From a virus (taxonomy: Duplodnaviria; Heunggongvirae; Uroviricota; Caudoviricetes), in the IMG/VR virus record IMGVR_UViG_2690316286_000014: 9,579 bases of DNA; one strand, written 5' to 3'. A program made the translations under genes and the position numbers. Shown piece after piece: positions 1 through 6,656 of the stretch (the first letter of the stretch is position 1; every line of letters begins with the position of its first letter). The notes under the pieces are model-generated. The model did not search any database. It was not told where the DNA came from and was given only the letters and a program-made list of their open reading frames with translations.

Positions 1-502
1 ATTTATAAACCTGCTGAAACTCGGTTTCGTCCATGTTCGCAAATGCGATAGATTTTGCCCTGCGCCCACGACTACCATCAGGATAAATATGCTCGGTGTA
101 AAATCCGGCCTGAATGGTTACCCACTCGCGGAAAGCCTCAAACGACTTTAGCAATGCTGTATCCCGGGTTCTGCGTGTCGCAACGGTATTCAGATATTGC
201 TCTGCGGCTTCGCTCAGAGCTGGCGTATGTTCCCGACCTACTGATTCGCGCAGGTACTCAACGAAGCCTGAAACCAGTTTTTGTTCGCTAGGCGTGATCG
301 CCCCTCCGACCGGAGTCCAGTAATCGAACCCCAGTTGCAGGAGTTTGAAAAAACGCTTGTGGAATGCGTAGTTACGAACGCGCTTAAAATCAGCGTGTAT
401 CCACTCACCTGTTTTGATTTGATGCAGAAAATCGCAACTCTCCGGCGTCGCCGGGAGAAGTAAACCAGAAGAAGTTTGTTTGACTAACTGTAAATGCACC
501 AC
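1..502 (-). CDS. Phage-associated hypothetical protein, N-terminal part only (gene continues past left edge)
   Basis: Minus-strand frame is open for about 179 codons from a stop at 539-541 to position 2; it is missing from the ORF track only because it has no stop inside the window. GTG starts at 502/499 are preceded by GAGGG. Translation begins VHLQLVKQTSSGLLLPATPESCDFLHQIKTGEWIHADFKRVRNYAFHKRFFKLLQLGFDYWTP... The + strand track ORFs 55..291, 114..323 and 281..463 lie antisense to it. Family not recognised with certainty; position relative to hok resembles ydfU in Qin, from memory. Confidence 0.6.
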   Translation of the reverse strand, partial: MVHLQLVKQTSSGLLLPATPESCDFLHQIKTGEWIHADFKRVRNYAFHKRFFKLLQLGFDYWTPVGGAITPSEQKLVSGFVEYLRESVGREHTPALSEAAEQYLNTVATRRTRDTALLKSFEAFREWVTIQAGFYTEHIYPDGSRGRRAKSIAFANMDETEFQQVYK

Positions 503-562
503 TACTACCCTCGTAATGGTGCGACAGGTACCAGGTGTTCAGACTGGCGTTGCCAGTATAAT

Positions 563-757
563 TTAGTCTTCTTTAATACAGAAGTGGCTTACAGAATCTG
601 CGTGCGATTCTTTGCTGATTAGAATTGCATCAGGAGGTAATGGCGTTACGATAAACTCCCCATTTTCGAGCGTTATCACTTCGTAGTGACCTGGTAAAGA
701 AAGCACAACAATCAATTCTTTAACGTTCATAACAAAAAGCCTGTGAACTTTTAACAC
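563..757 (-). CDS. Small hypothetical protein (64 aa from GTG at 757, or 55 aa from ATG at 730)
   Basis: Track ORF; stop TAA at 563-565. Internal ATG at 730 gives MNVKELIVVLSLPGHYEVITLENGEFIVTPLPPDAILISKESHADSVSHFCIKED. Only weak Shine-Dalgarno candidates at either start; no recognisable motif. Confidence 0.4.
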   Translation of the reverse strand: MLKVHRLFVMNVKELIVVLSLPGHYEVITLENGEFIVTPLPPDAILISKESHADSVSHFCIKED

Positions 758-858
758 TTCCCCTTAAGGGGTCCATCCCTCTTCTCCCTGCGCGCTACTT
801 AAGTGTTTTTGATTCTATTCCTGCGCATTCTGAAAGTTCAAACGCGTTGAAAATCGCA

Positions 859-882
859 ACAAAAAACCCGCCGAAGCGGGTT
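859..882 (-). terminator. Rho-independent terminator at the 3' end of the mok/hok transcript
   Basis: On the minus strand, a 7-bp stem AACCCGC/GCGGGTT (865-871 with 876-882) with loop TTCG is followed by TTTTTTG (forward A-run 861-866), about 70 nt after the hok stop codon. Confidence 0.6.
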
Positions 883-952
883 AAGTGCGGGTGCGTTGAG
901 GATGCCTGACACATCAGAGGTGGCGAGGGATTTCTCCCTCGCCTGGTCACTC

Positions 953-1108
953 TTACTCTCTAGATTCGTAGTCTACGAAGACAGCGACCTCCGTCTGGCC
1001 GGTTCGGATTCGTACCTCACAGAGGTCTTTCCTCGTTACCAGTGCCGTCGCTATGACGGTTAAACAGATGACGATCAGGGCGATTAACATCGCCTTTTGC
1101 TGCTTCAT
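953..1108 (-). CDS. hok: Hok/Gef-family membrane toxin (type I toxin, 51 aa)
   Basis: Translation MKQQKAMLIALIVICLTVIATALVTRKDLCEVRIRTGQTEVAVFVDYESRE has the Hok/Gef hallmarks: a single hydrophobic helix, the conserved TRKDLCEV and RTGQTEVAVF segments, and an acidic C-terminus. ATG at 1108 is preceded by AGGAG at a workable spacing. Confidence 0.85.
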   Translation of the reverse strand: MKQQKAMLIALIVICLTVIATALVTRKDLCEVRIRTGQTEVAVFVDYESRE

Positions 1109-1165
1109 AGCCTGCTTCTCCTTGCCTTTCGGCACGTAAGAGGCTAACCTACATGTGTTCAGCAT
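953..1165 (-). CDS. mok: Mok-like in-frame N-terminally extended reading frame enclosing hok (70 aa)
   Basis: ATG at 1165 is in frame with hok with no intervening stop (MLNTCRLASYVPKGKEKQA then the Hok sequence). This matches the in-frame MokC/HokC arrangement recalled for chromosomal hok loci. Confidence 0.5.
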   Translation of the reverse strand: MLNTCRLASYVPKGKEKQAMKQQKAMLIALIVICLTVIATALVTRKDLCEVRIRTGQTEVAVFVDYESRE

Positions 1166-1284
1166 GGATTGAGCCTCAGCTTAATGTTAAGCGTCTTGCA
1201 GGACGCGTAATGTTAACTGGGGCTTTTCTCTATCTGCCTTTTGGTGTTCATGCCTGAGGCAGATAGCCTCAAGCACCCATTATG

Positions 1285-1313
1285 ATTTTAACCAAAGTCT
1301 TTATATCTATAAA
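1285..1313 (-). promoter_or_regulatory. Putative sigma70 promoter for the mok/hok mRNA
   Basis: On the minus strand, -35 TTTATA (1313-1308) and -10 TAAAAT (1290-1285) are separated by 17 nt. The -10 overlaps the stop codon of the upstream peptidase gene; the predicted start near 1278 gives a leader of about 110 nt before the mok ATG. Confidence 0.3.
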
Positions 1314-2191
1314 GAGGCACAATATTACTCGATATATCATCATGTGTGCGCCTTATTCCAAACATTTTGGAAACAAAGCGTTCCCTCACTCCCGACATAT
1401 CCAGTATCTGCTTCCAAGAAGATATATCCAGCAATTCAACTGCACAGGAAAGTAAGCGAGGTTTTTCCTCAGGGATTAACTCATCCCCCATCTCTCCTTT
1501 AATCGTCCCTCTTTTATTTAGATGGATAAATCCCGTTCTCATTTGTTGTGGCGTAATCAGCCCCAAAACCGTAGCACGATAAATACACATGCGAAGACTG
1601 ATTTTCCATCGTTCTTTGAAATTAATTAGTGCATTCCAGTCAAGATGCGATCCTCGCATTTTAGGAAATTCATTAACGAACGAAACTCTAGGTACAAGGA
1701 ATGCGCTCGAAAAATAATCCGCATGATGTTCTGTAATTTTATCCCCTGTTATAATCCCTTCATGCAAAACAAGATGCCCCAGTTCATGACCGAGATCTGA
1801 GCGAAATCGACACACACTCTTTTTCGCGGAATTTCTAATTATCAATGGGCGTTTACTATTAATAGTAAACGCATCAATACGATCATCCACGCCAGATACA
1901 TGAGCAACAACAACCCCAATACTTTCCACGAAATTAACCATTGAAGATATCGGTCCCAGCCCCAACCCCCAATACCTTCTACAGGCCTCGGCAATTCTTT
2001 CAATATCTTCATCGGAGTTCAAAGGTAATCCGGACGTATCAGGAAAGTTCAATTCTGGAAGAACTATTTCTGTTTCCAAACACTTTACAAACTGCTCCAA
2101 AATTTCAGCTCGAGCCAGAATACTATTAGTTAAGGACTGCGTCCTTGATCTCTTGCTTCTGAAATGGCAGTTCTCGCTGTCTAATGGTGAT
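1288..2191 (-). CDS. ImmA/IrrE-family (Peptidase_M78 / COG2856-like) zinc metallopeptidase domain protein; C-terminal 301 codons visible, 5' part hidden by N-run
   Basis: 301 codons are open down to TAA at 1288-1290 in sequence of about 40 percent GC. HELGH sits at 1774-1788 (minus), followed by EHHADYFSSAFLVP, which fits the HEXXH...E..A..FA..LL.P pattern of ImmA/IrrE peptidases. The preceding DIERIAEACRRYWGLGLGPISSMVNFVESIGVVV also looks typical of that domain. About 130 residues C-terminal to the domain have no recognisable motif. Confidence 0.8.
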
Positions 2192-2687
2192 NNNNNNNNN
2201 NNNNNNNNNNNNNNNNNNNNNNNNNNNNNNNNNNNNNNNNNNNNNNNNNNNNNNNNNNNNNNNNNNNNNNNNNNNNNNNNNNNNNNNNNNNNNNNNNNNN
2301 NNNNNNNNNNNNNNNNNNNNNNNNNNNNNNNNNNNNNNNNNNNNNNNNNNNNNNNNNNNNNNNNNNNNNNNNNNNNNNNNNNNNNNNNNNNNNNNNNNNN
2401 NNNNNNNNNNNNNNNNNNNNNNNNNNNNNNNNNNNNNNNNNNNNNNNNNNNNNNNNNNNNNNNNNNNNNNNNNNNNNNNNNNNNNNNNNNNNNNNNNNNN
2501 NNNNNNNNNNNNNNNNNNNNNNNNNNNNNNNNNNNNNNNNNNNNNNNNNNNNNNNNNNNNNNNNNNNNNNNNNNNNNNNNNNNNNNNNNNNNNNNNNNNN
2601 NNNNNNNNNNNNNNNNNNNNNNNNNNNNNNNNNNNNNNNNNNNNNNNNNNNNNNNNNNNNNNNNNNNNNNNNNNNNNNNNNNNNNNN
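2192..2687. other. N-run (496 nt): gap or masked sequence inside the peptidase locus
   Basis: Uninterrupted n characters; length is not a multiple of 3. Confidence 1.
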
Positions 2688-3165
2688 CAAAACCTATCAG
2701 GGCTAAAAGCCACGTTGGAGGTTCGATATCTTCATCTTTTTTATTTGCAGATGGTAATTTTTCAGCCAGAACACGCCATGTAACATCATGTTCAAAATTA
2801 ACATCATCTTCAAAAAGAGATAACTGACGACACTCAACATCATTTTTACATAAGCGATGTTTCTTTTTTGGTGAATCCAGTTTATCGGTCACAAACTGTA
2901 ACGGCACCCTGTTCAGGGTAAACACAAAATTCAGAGGTGTTGAAAGAATCGCCACTCCTTTGAGTTTTTTATGATTTTTTACAAGAAAGTTTTTTATCCA
3001 TCCATAGGCCCTACATCCATTAATCCAGTTATCATCATACTCATGGCGATGGAACCATAATTCGCCAAGTACGTTAGCAAATTGCTGAAGAAGATTGATA
3101 ACAGATTTTTCATCCAAACAAGGATTGATTTCAAAACACGGTTGGAGATTCTGTTCAGACGGCAT
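2688..3165 (-). CDS. AT-rich hypothetical protein, N-terminal 159 codons visible; either the N-terminus of the peptidase protein or a separate upstream gene
   Basis: Open frame of 159 codons in sequence of roughly 30-35 percent GC, where random stops would be frequent. ATG at 3165 is preceded by GAGGG about 7 nt upstream. Translation MPSEQNLQPCFEINPCLDEKSVINLLQQFANVLGELWFHRHEYDDNWINGCRAYGW... has no HTH or other motif I can recognise. It shares a coordinate frame with 1288..2191 (the track's 639-aa ORF), but the N-run makes that uninformative. Confidence 0.6.
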
Positions 3166-3319
3166 AAGGTATCCCTCTCTCTTAAAACTCCGCTCATCTT
3201 TACGCAAAATTTTATTTTTGTAAACCTAATCTTTGGGGTATTTCACGAATTCGTCAACCAGTTGAACGAACTTTAACCACAATACATATTTATCTACATT
3301 GATATGAGTATCGCTAACA

Positions 3320-3550
3320 CTATTGTGGGCATTCAGCTAGTATTACCAAGCCTTCAGGTGCGCGAAGTTGTTCCACACAGTGCAGCAGCGCATCAGTCGC
3401 TTCCTTAAGCGTCACAGTGTCGCCATCACCCAGTCCTGCAATTTTTGCGTGCCTGACAAACGCCGCGCAAAGGTCGTTAAACGCCCCTGCCCGCACATCC
3501 GCCAGGAAAGCATTAGCAGCAGCCAATTCCTGGTAGTCAATCCTGCTCAC
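3320..3550 (-). CDS. Hypothetical protein (76 aa), translationally coupled to the upstream gene
   Basis: GTG at 3550-3548 overlaps the TGA stop of the upstream gene (GTGA) and is preceded by AGGAGG. Translation VSRIDYQELAAANAFLADVRAGAFNDLCAAFVRHAKIAGLGDGDTVTLKEATDALLHCVEQLRAPEGLVILAECPQ. It is the 3' part of track ORF 3320..3619. Confidence 0.55.
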   Translation of the reverse strand: MSRIDYQELAAANAFLADVRAGAFNDLCAAFVRHAKIAGLGDGDTVTLKEATDALLHCVEQLRAPEGLVILAECPQ

Positions 3551-3972
3551 TGCGCCGCCTCCTGAAAATTCCCCTGATAGAAAGCCAGTACACACTGCAT
3601 AACTTCGCTCTTCCTGCACTCGCGACAGATTATGTTCTGTCGTCTGTTGTAACGACGTATTTCGCCGTCTGGTAACGACCAGATAAGGTCCGGATCAACC
3701 ACAGATGTTTTTTTCTTCAGTTTTGCCCTTGATAGTTTTTTGCGGGCGTTTTGCCAGTCCTTACGAGCCTGTTCAGACGGGAATAACCCGTAGCCAGAGT
3801 TGTATACATCCCCACTGGCAACCAGCTCTCTGGCGAGAACGCTTATTAAATATCTTGTCGCCCCGGTTTTAGCTTCCAGTTGTCGTAACGTCTCGCGCCC
3901 ACTCTGGCGTACGAGTTCAACAACCTGCCCCTTAATTTTTTCCCGCTCTTCCTGTGTAAATACTTTTGCCAT
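3547..3972 (-). CDS. Small phage protein with a winged-helix-like N-terminal domain (141 aa); paralog of the gene at 5634..5889
   Basis: ATG at 3972 (MAKVFTQEEREKIKG...). The first 85 residues align with the MAKPFTPEQREELKT... protein at 5889, sharing ELVASGDVYNSGYG.FPSEQA.KDWQNARKKLSR. Codon usage is E. coli-like. Confidence 0.75.
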   Translation of the reverse strand: MAKVFTQEEREKIKGQVVELVRQSGRETLRQLEAKTGATRYLISVLARELVASGDVYNSGYGLFPSEQARKDWQNARKKLSRAKLKKKTSVVDPDLIWSLPDGEIRRYNRRQNIICRECRKSEVMQCVLAFYQGNFQEAAQ

Positions 3973-3987
3973 AAGCGCCCCCGGCAA

Positions 3988-4713
3988 TCACTTTTCCGAC
4001 ACAATACGACCGGAGGAATCGACAATCTGTCGAACAATATCCCGGTGCTTGTTCAGCTCCCGCAACGCGGCGCAGACACGCTCCCACTTCTGGACATGAC
4101 TTTTCGCCCGACGCAGTTCGCGGTTTGCCATATGCAGCGATGGTAAAACCAGGTCATCCGCTTGCGTTTCGGTGAACGATGGCAACGACTGCACAATGTC
4201 CGCCACAGTTTCTGTTTTAATTTCTTCCTGTGTTGCAGCTTCCTGTACCGGTAACGCAACACCTGCTGGCTGAGGAAAGACTTTACCATCCGTTTCCGCT
4301 ATGGATGCGGCTTTCGGCTCTGCCGGTAAATCAGCGCCCGGTATGCAGTACCGAAATTTACCGCCCTGATTCACGCGAATCAGACGCCCTTTGCTGATTG
4401 CCATGGCCAGCGATGAATTCGCCCGGCGGGAGGTAATCCCGAACATCAGTGCCAGCTCATCCGCCGTTTGTGGGCCATGTTGTTCAATCGCCTCAGTCAG
4501 CATTTGCGCTGTCACTTTCGGTACCGGTGACACTGGTTCACTTTCACCAGCCTGAATCAGCCACCACATCGAACCCTTGTTATCCGCTTCACCACGGCGC
4601 TTCAGTTTCCACAGTTCGTTGACCGCATCTTCACGGCTGATTCCAAGGCGGGACGCCACCACATGTGAAGAGGCTCTTTTCAGTGCTTTCAGTGCGTCAA
4701 ATACAGTTTCCAT
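3988..4713 (-). CDS. Phage protein with two winged-helix-like segments (241 aa), function unknown
   Basis: ATG at 4713 ([12 protein letters not shown]...) is preceded by GGAGG 7 nt upstream; the track ORF starts 6 codons earlier at a TTG. Stop at 3988-3990. Confidence 0.75.
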   Translation of the reverse strand: METVFDALKALKRASSHVVASRLGISREDAVNELWKLKRRGEADNKGSMWWLIQAGESEPVSPVPKVTAQMLTEAIEQHGPQTADELALMFGITSRRANSSLAMAISKGRLIRVNQGGKFRYCIPGADLPAEPKAASIAETDGKVFPQPAGVALPVQEAATQEEIKTETVADIVQSLPSFTETQADDLVLPSLHMANRELRRAKSHVQKWERVCAALRELNKHRDIVRQIVDSSGRIVSEK

Positions 4714-4734
4714 TAAAACATCCTCCAACAAAAA

Positions 4735-5350
4735 TTACTTCACAACTCCCGGAAAGCTGACATTTGAACGCCAGCTATCCCAGTTAAACGTCACCCACCG
4801 ACAACCGTTCATGGTCATGCGGTCCATAATNNNNNNNNNNNNNNNNNNNNNNNNNNNNNNNNNNNNNNNNNNNNNNNNNNNNNNNNNNNNNNNNNNNNNN
4901 NNNNNNNNNNNNNNNNNNNNNNNNNNNNNNNNNNNNNNNNNNNNNNNNNNNNNNNNNNNNNNNNNNNNNNNNNNNNNNNNNNNNNNNNNNNNNNNNNNNN
5001 NNNNNNNNNNNNNNNNNNNNNNNNNNNNNNNNNNNNNNNNNNNNNNNNNNNNNNNNNNNNNNNNNNNNNNNNNNNNNNNNNNNNNNNNNNNNNNNNNNNN
5101 NNNNNNNNNNNNNNNNNNNNNNNNNNNNNNNNNNNNNNNNNNNNNNNNNNNNNNNNNNNNNNNNNNNNNNNNNNNNNNNNNNNNNNNNNNNNNNNNNNNN
5201 NNNNNNNNNNNNNNNNNNNNNNNNNNNNNNNNNNNNNNNNNNNNNNNNNNNNNNNNNNNNNNNNNNNNNNNNNNNNNNNNNGGATTTGGCCTGGCTCAGC
5301 GCGTATTTTTGCCCGTCGTTCTGCACCTGATAATTCGCAAACGAGCATTT
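4735..5350 (-). CDS. Second, diverged DnaC-like helicase-loader copy (C-terminal 31 codons and a 23-codon internal island visible; remainder is N)
   Basis: 4735-4830 translates to IMDRMTMNGCRWVTFNWDSWRSNVSFPGVVK then stop, against VMDRMVMNGGRWVNFNWESWRPNVSHSRVVK at the end of the 5904..6650 protein. The island 5282-5350 translates to KCSFANYQVQNDGQKYALSQAKS against KCSFANYRAQNDGQRHALSQAKS. The two visible parts are not in the same coordinate frame across the 451-nt N-run, so the gene may be disrupted or the N-run length may not be exact. Confidence 0.5.
4831..5281. other. N-run (451 nt): gap or masked sequence
   Basis: Uninterrupted n characters. Confidence 1.
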
Positions 5351-5633
5351 NNNNNNNNNNNNNNNNNNNNNNNNNNNNNNNNNNNNNNNNNNNNNNNNNN
5401 NNNNNNNNNNNNNNNNNNNNNNNNNNNNNNNNNNNNNNNNNNNNNNNNNNNNNNNNNNNNNNNNNNNNNNNNNNNNNNNNNNNNNNNNNNNNNNNNNNNN
5501 NNNNNNNNNNNNNNNNNNNNNNNNNNNNNNNNNNNNNNNNNNNNNNNNNNNNNNNNNNNNNNNNNNNNNNNNNNNNNNNNNNNNNNNNNNNNNNNNNNNN
5601 NNNNNNNNNNNNNNNNNNNNNNNNNNNNNNNNN
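5351..5633. other. N-run (283 nt): gap or masked sequence
   Basis: Uninterrupted n characters. Confidence 1.
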
Positions 5634-5889
5634 TCACCTTTACCCTCGATAGCTTTTTGCGGGCGTTTTGCCAGTCTTTATGAGCCTGTTCAGAGGGAAA
5701 TACCCCGTAGCCAGAATTATATACATCACCACTTGCGACCAGTTCCATGCATAAGCGACCGACAGACGCACGACTGATACCTGTTTCATCTGACAACTGC
5801 CGAATCGTGACCCGACCGTCCTGATGCACGAGTTCCACAATTCGCGTCTTCAGTTCTTCCCGCTGTTCGGGAGTAAAAGGTTTCGCCAT
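5634..5889 (-). CDS. Small phage protein with a winged-helix-like domain; N-terminal 85 codons visible, 3' end in N-run
   Basis: ATG at 5889 is preceded by AGGAGG. Translation MAKPFTPEQREELKTRIVELVHQDGRVTIRQLSDETGISRASVGRLCMELVASGDVYNSGYGVFPSEQAHKDWQNARKKLSRVKV is paralogous to the 3547..3972 product. Confidence 0.7.
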
Positions 5890-5903
5890 AAATCCTCCTG
5901 AAA

Positions 5904-6650
5904 CTACTTAACAACCCTCGAATGGCTAACATTCGGACGCCAGCTCTCCCAGTTAAAATTCACCCAGCGCCCGCCGTTCATGACCATGCGATCCATCACC
6001 CGCTCGCCGAGAAGTGTATTCATCGCTGCATGGTTAATATTTGTCAGCATCCCCACACCGCGTAACGATGCCGTCCGGCGATCAACAATCTGGTTCAGTA
6101 CCACCTGCTCGTTTTTCGTATCCCGCTGCATGCCAATTTCATCCAGGACCAGCAGGTCAACACCACAAAGCTCCTGTAAAAATTTTTCACCGGATTTGCC
6201 GTTGTCGTAGCTCTCATGCAACACGCTCATGACATCGGACACGGTGACGATAATCACGCTACGCCCCTTCGCCATCAGCCGGTTGCCAATCGCGTCTGCA
6301 AGATGATTTTTTCCGGTGCCGGGCTTACCGCTGAACACAAAATTCGTACAGCCTGTCATCAGTTCGTCAGCTATGGATTTCGCCTGACTCAGTGCATGTC
6401 GCTGACCGTCGTTCTGCGCCCGGTAATTCGCAAACGAACACTTCCGGTGCAACGGCTGGATGCCGGAGCGGTTCAGGATTTTTTCCACCCGCAACTGACG
6501 ATTCAGGCGGTTGATCTCCTCGCAACGTTTCTGGCCTTCAGCAAGTTGCCACTCGCGCCACTCCGCTACCGTTCTGAATGGGGCGGTTACATGTGGCGGG
6601 GTCAGTCGGCGGATGCGTTCCAGAACGCCTCCTGTCGCAATATTTTTCAT
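5904..6650 (-). CDS. DnaC/IstB-like AAA+ helicase loader (prophage replication protein, 248 aa)
   Basis: Walker A GKPGTGKNHLA and Walker B LLVLDEIG are present. The protein is close to chromosomal DnaC along its whole length as I recall it (NRSGI.PLH..CSF.NYR, LTNSN-like segment, GERVMDRM). ATG at 6650. Confidence 0.9.
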   Translation of the reverse strand: MKNIATGGVLERIRRLTPPHVTAPFRTVAEWREWQLAEGQKRCEEINRLNRQLRVEKILNRSGIQPLHRKCSFANYRAQNDGQRHALSQAKSIADELMTGCTNFVFSGKPGTGKNHLADAIGNRLMAKGRSVIIVTVSDVMSVLHESYDNGKSGEKFLQELCGVDLLVLDEIGMQRDTKNEQVVLNQIVDRRTASLRGVGMLTNINHAAMNTLLGERVMDRMVMNGGRWVNFNWESWRPNVSHSRVVK

Positions 6651-6656
6651 GGTCTG

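Noticed and set aside
55-463. Plus-strand track ORFs 55..291, 114..323 and 281..463
   Set aside because: They lie antisense to a minus-strand frame that stays open for about 179 codons to the window edge; they are short, overlap each other and have no ribosome-binding sites.
543-557. Hairpin ACTGGC-GTT-GCCAGT as a terminator
   Set aside because: No U-run follows on either strand; it lies between the small ORF stop and the next gene start and is more likely structural or coincidental.
632-655. Strong AGGAGG followed by ATG on the + strand
   Set aside because: The ORF is only 4 codons (MALR then stop) and lies antisense within the small minus-strand ORF; treated as chance.
2126-2827. Track ORFs 2126..2713, 2153..2827, 2181..2690 and 2184..2783
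   Set aside because: Almost entirely poly-X translations of the N-run.
1288-3207. Single 639-aa ORF spanning the first N-run
   Set aside because: Continuity across 496 N is an artefact of translating N as X. The N-run elsewhere demonstrably does not preserve frame, so only the two visible segments are reported; a fused protein remains possible.
1346-4289. Short ORFs 1346..1582, 1941..2129, 2994..3197, 3082..3276, 3368..3565, 3800..4099, 3846..4037 and 4053..4289
   Set aside because: Each is embedded in or antisense to a longer, better-supported minus-strand gene.
4577-5683. Plus-strand 368-aa ORF and minus-strand ORFs 4784..5326 and 4815..5348
   Set aside because: They span N-runs. The + strand ORF is antisense to well-supported minus-strand genes. 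The real minus-strand signal there is the DnaC-like paralog, reported separately.
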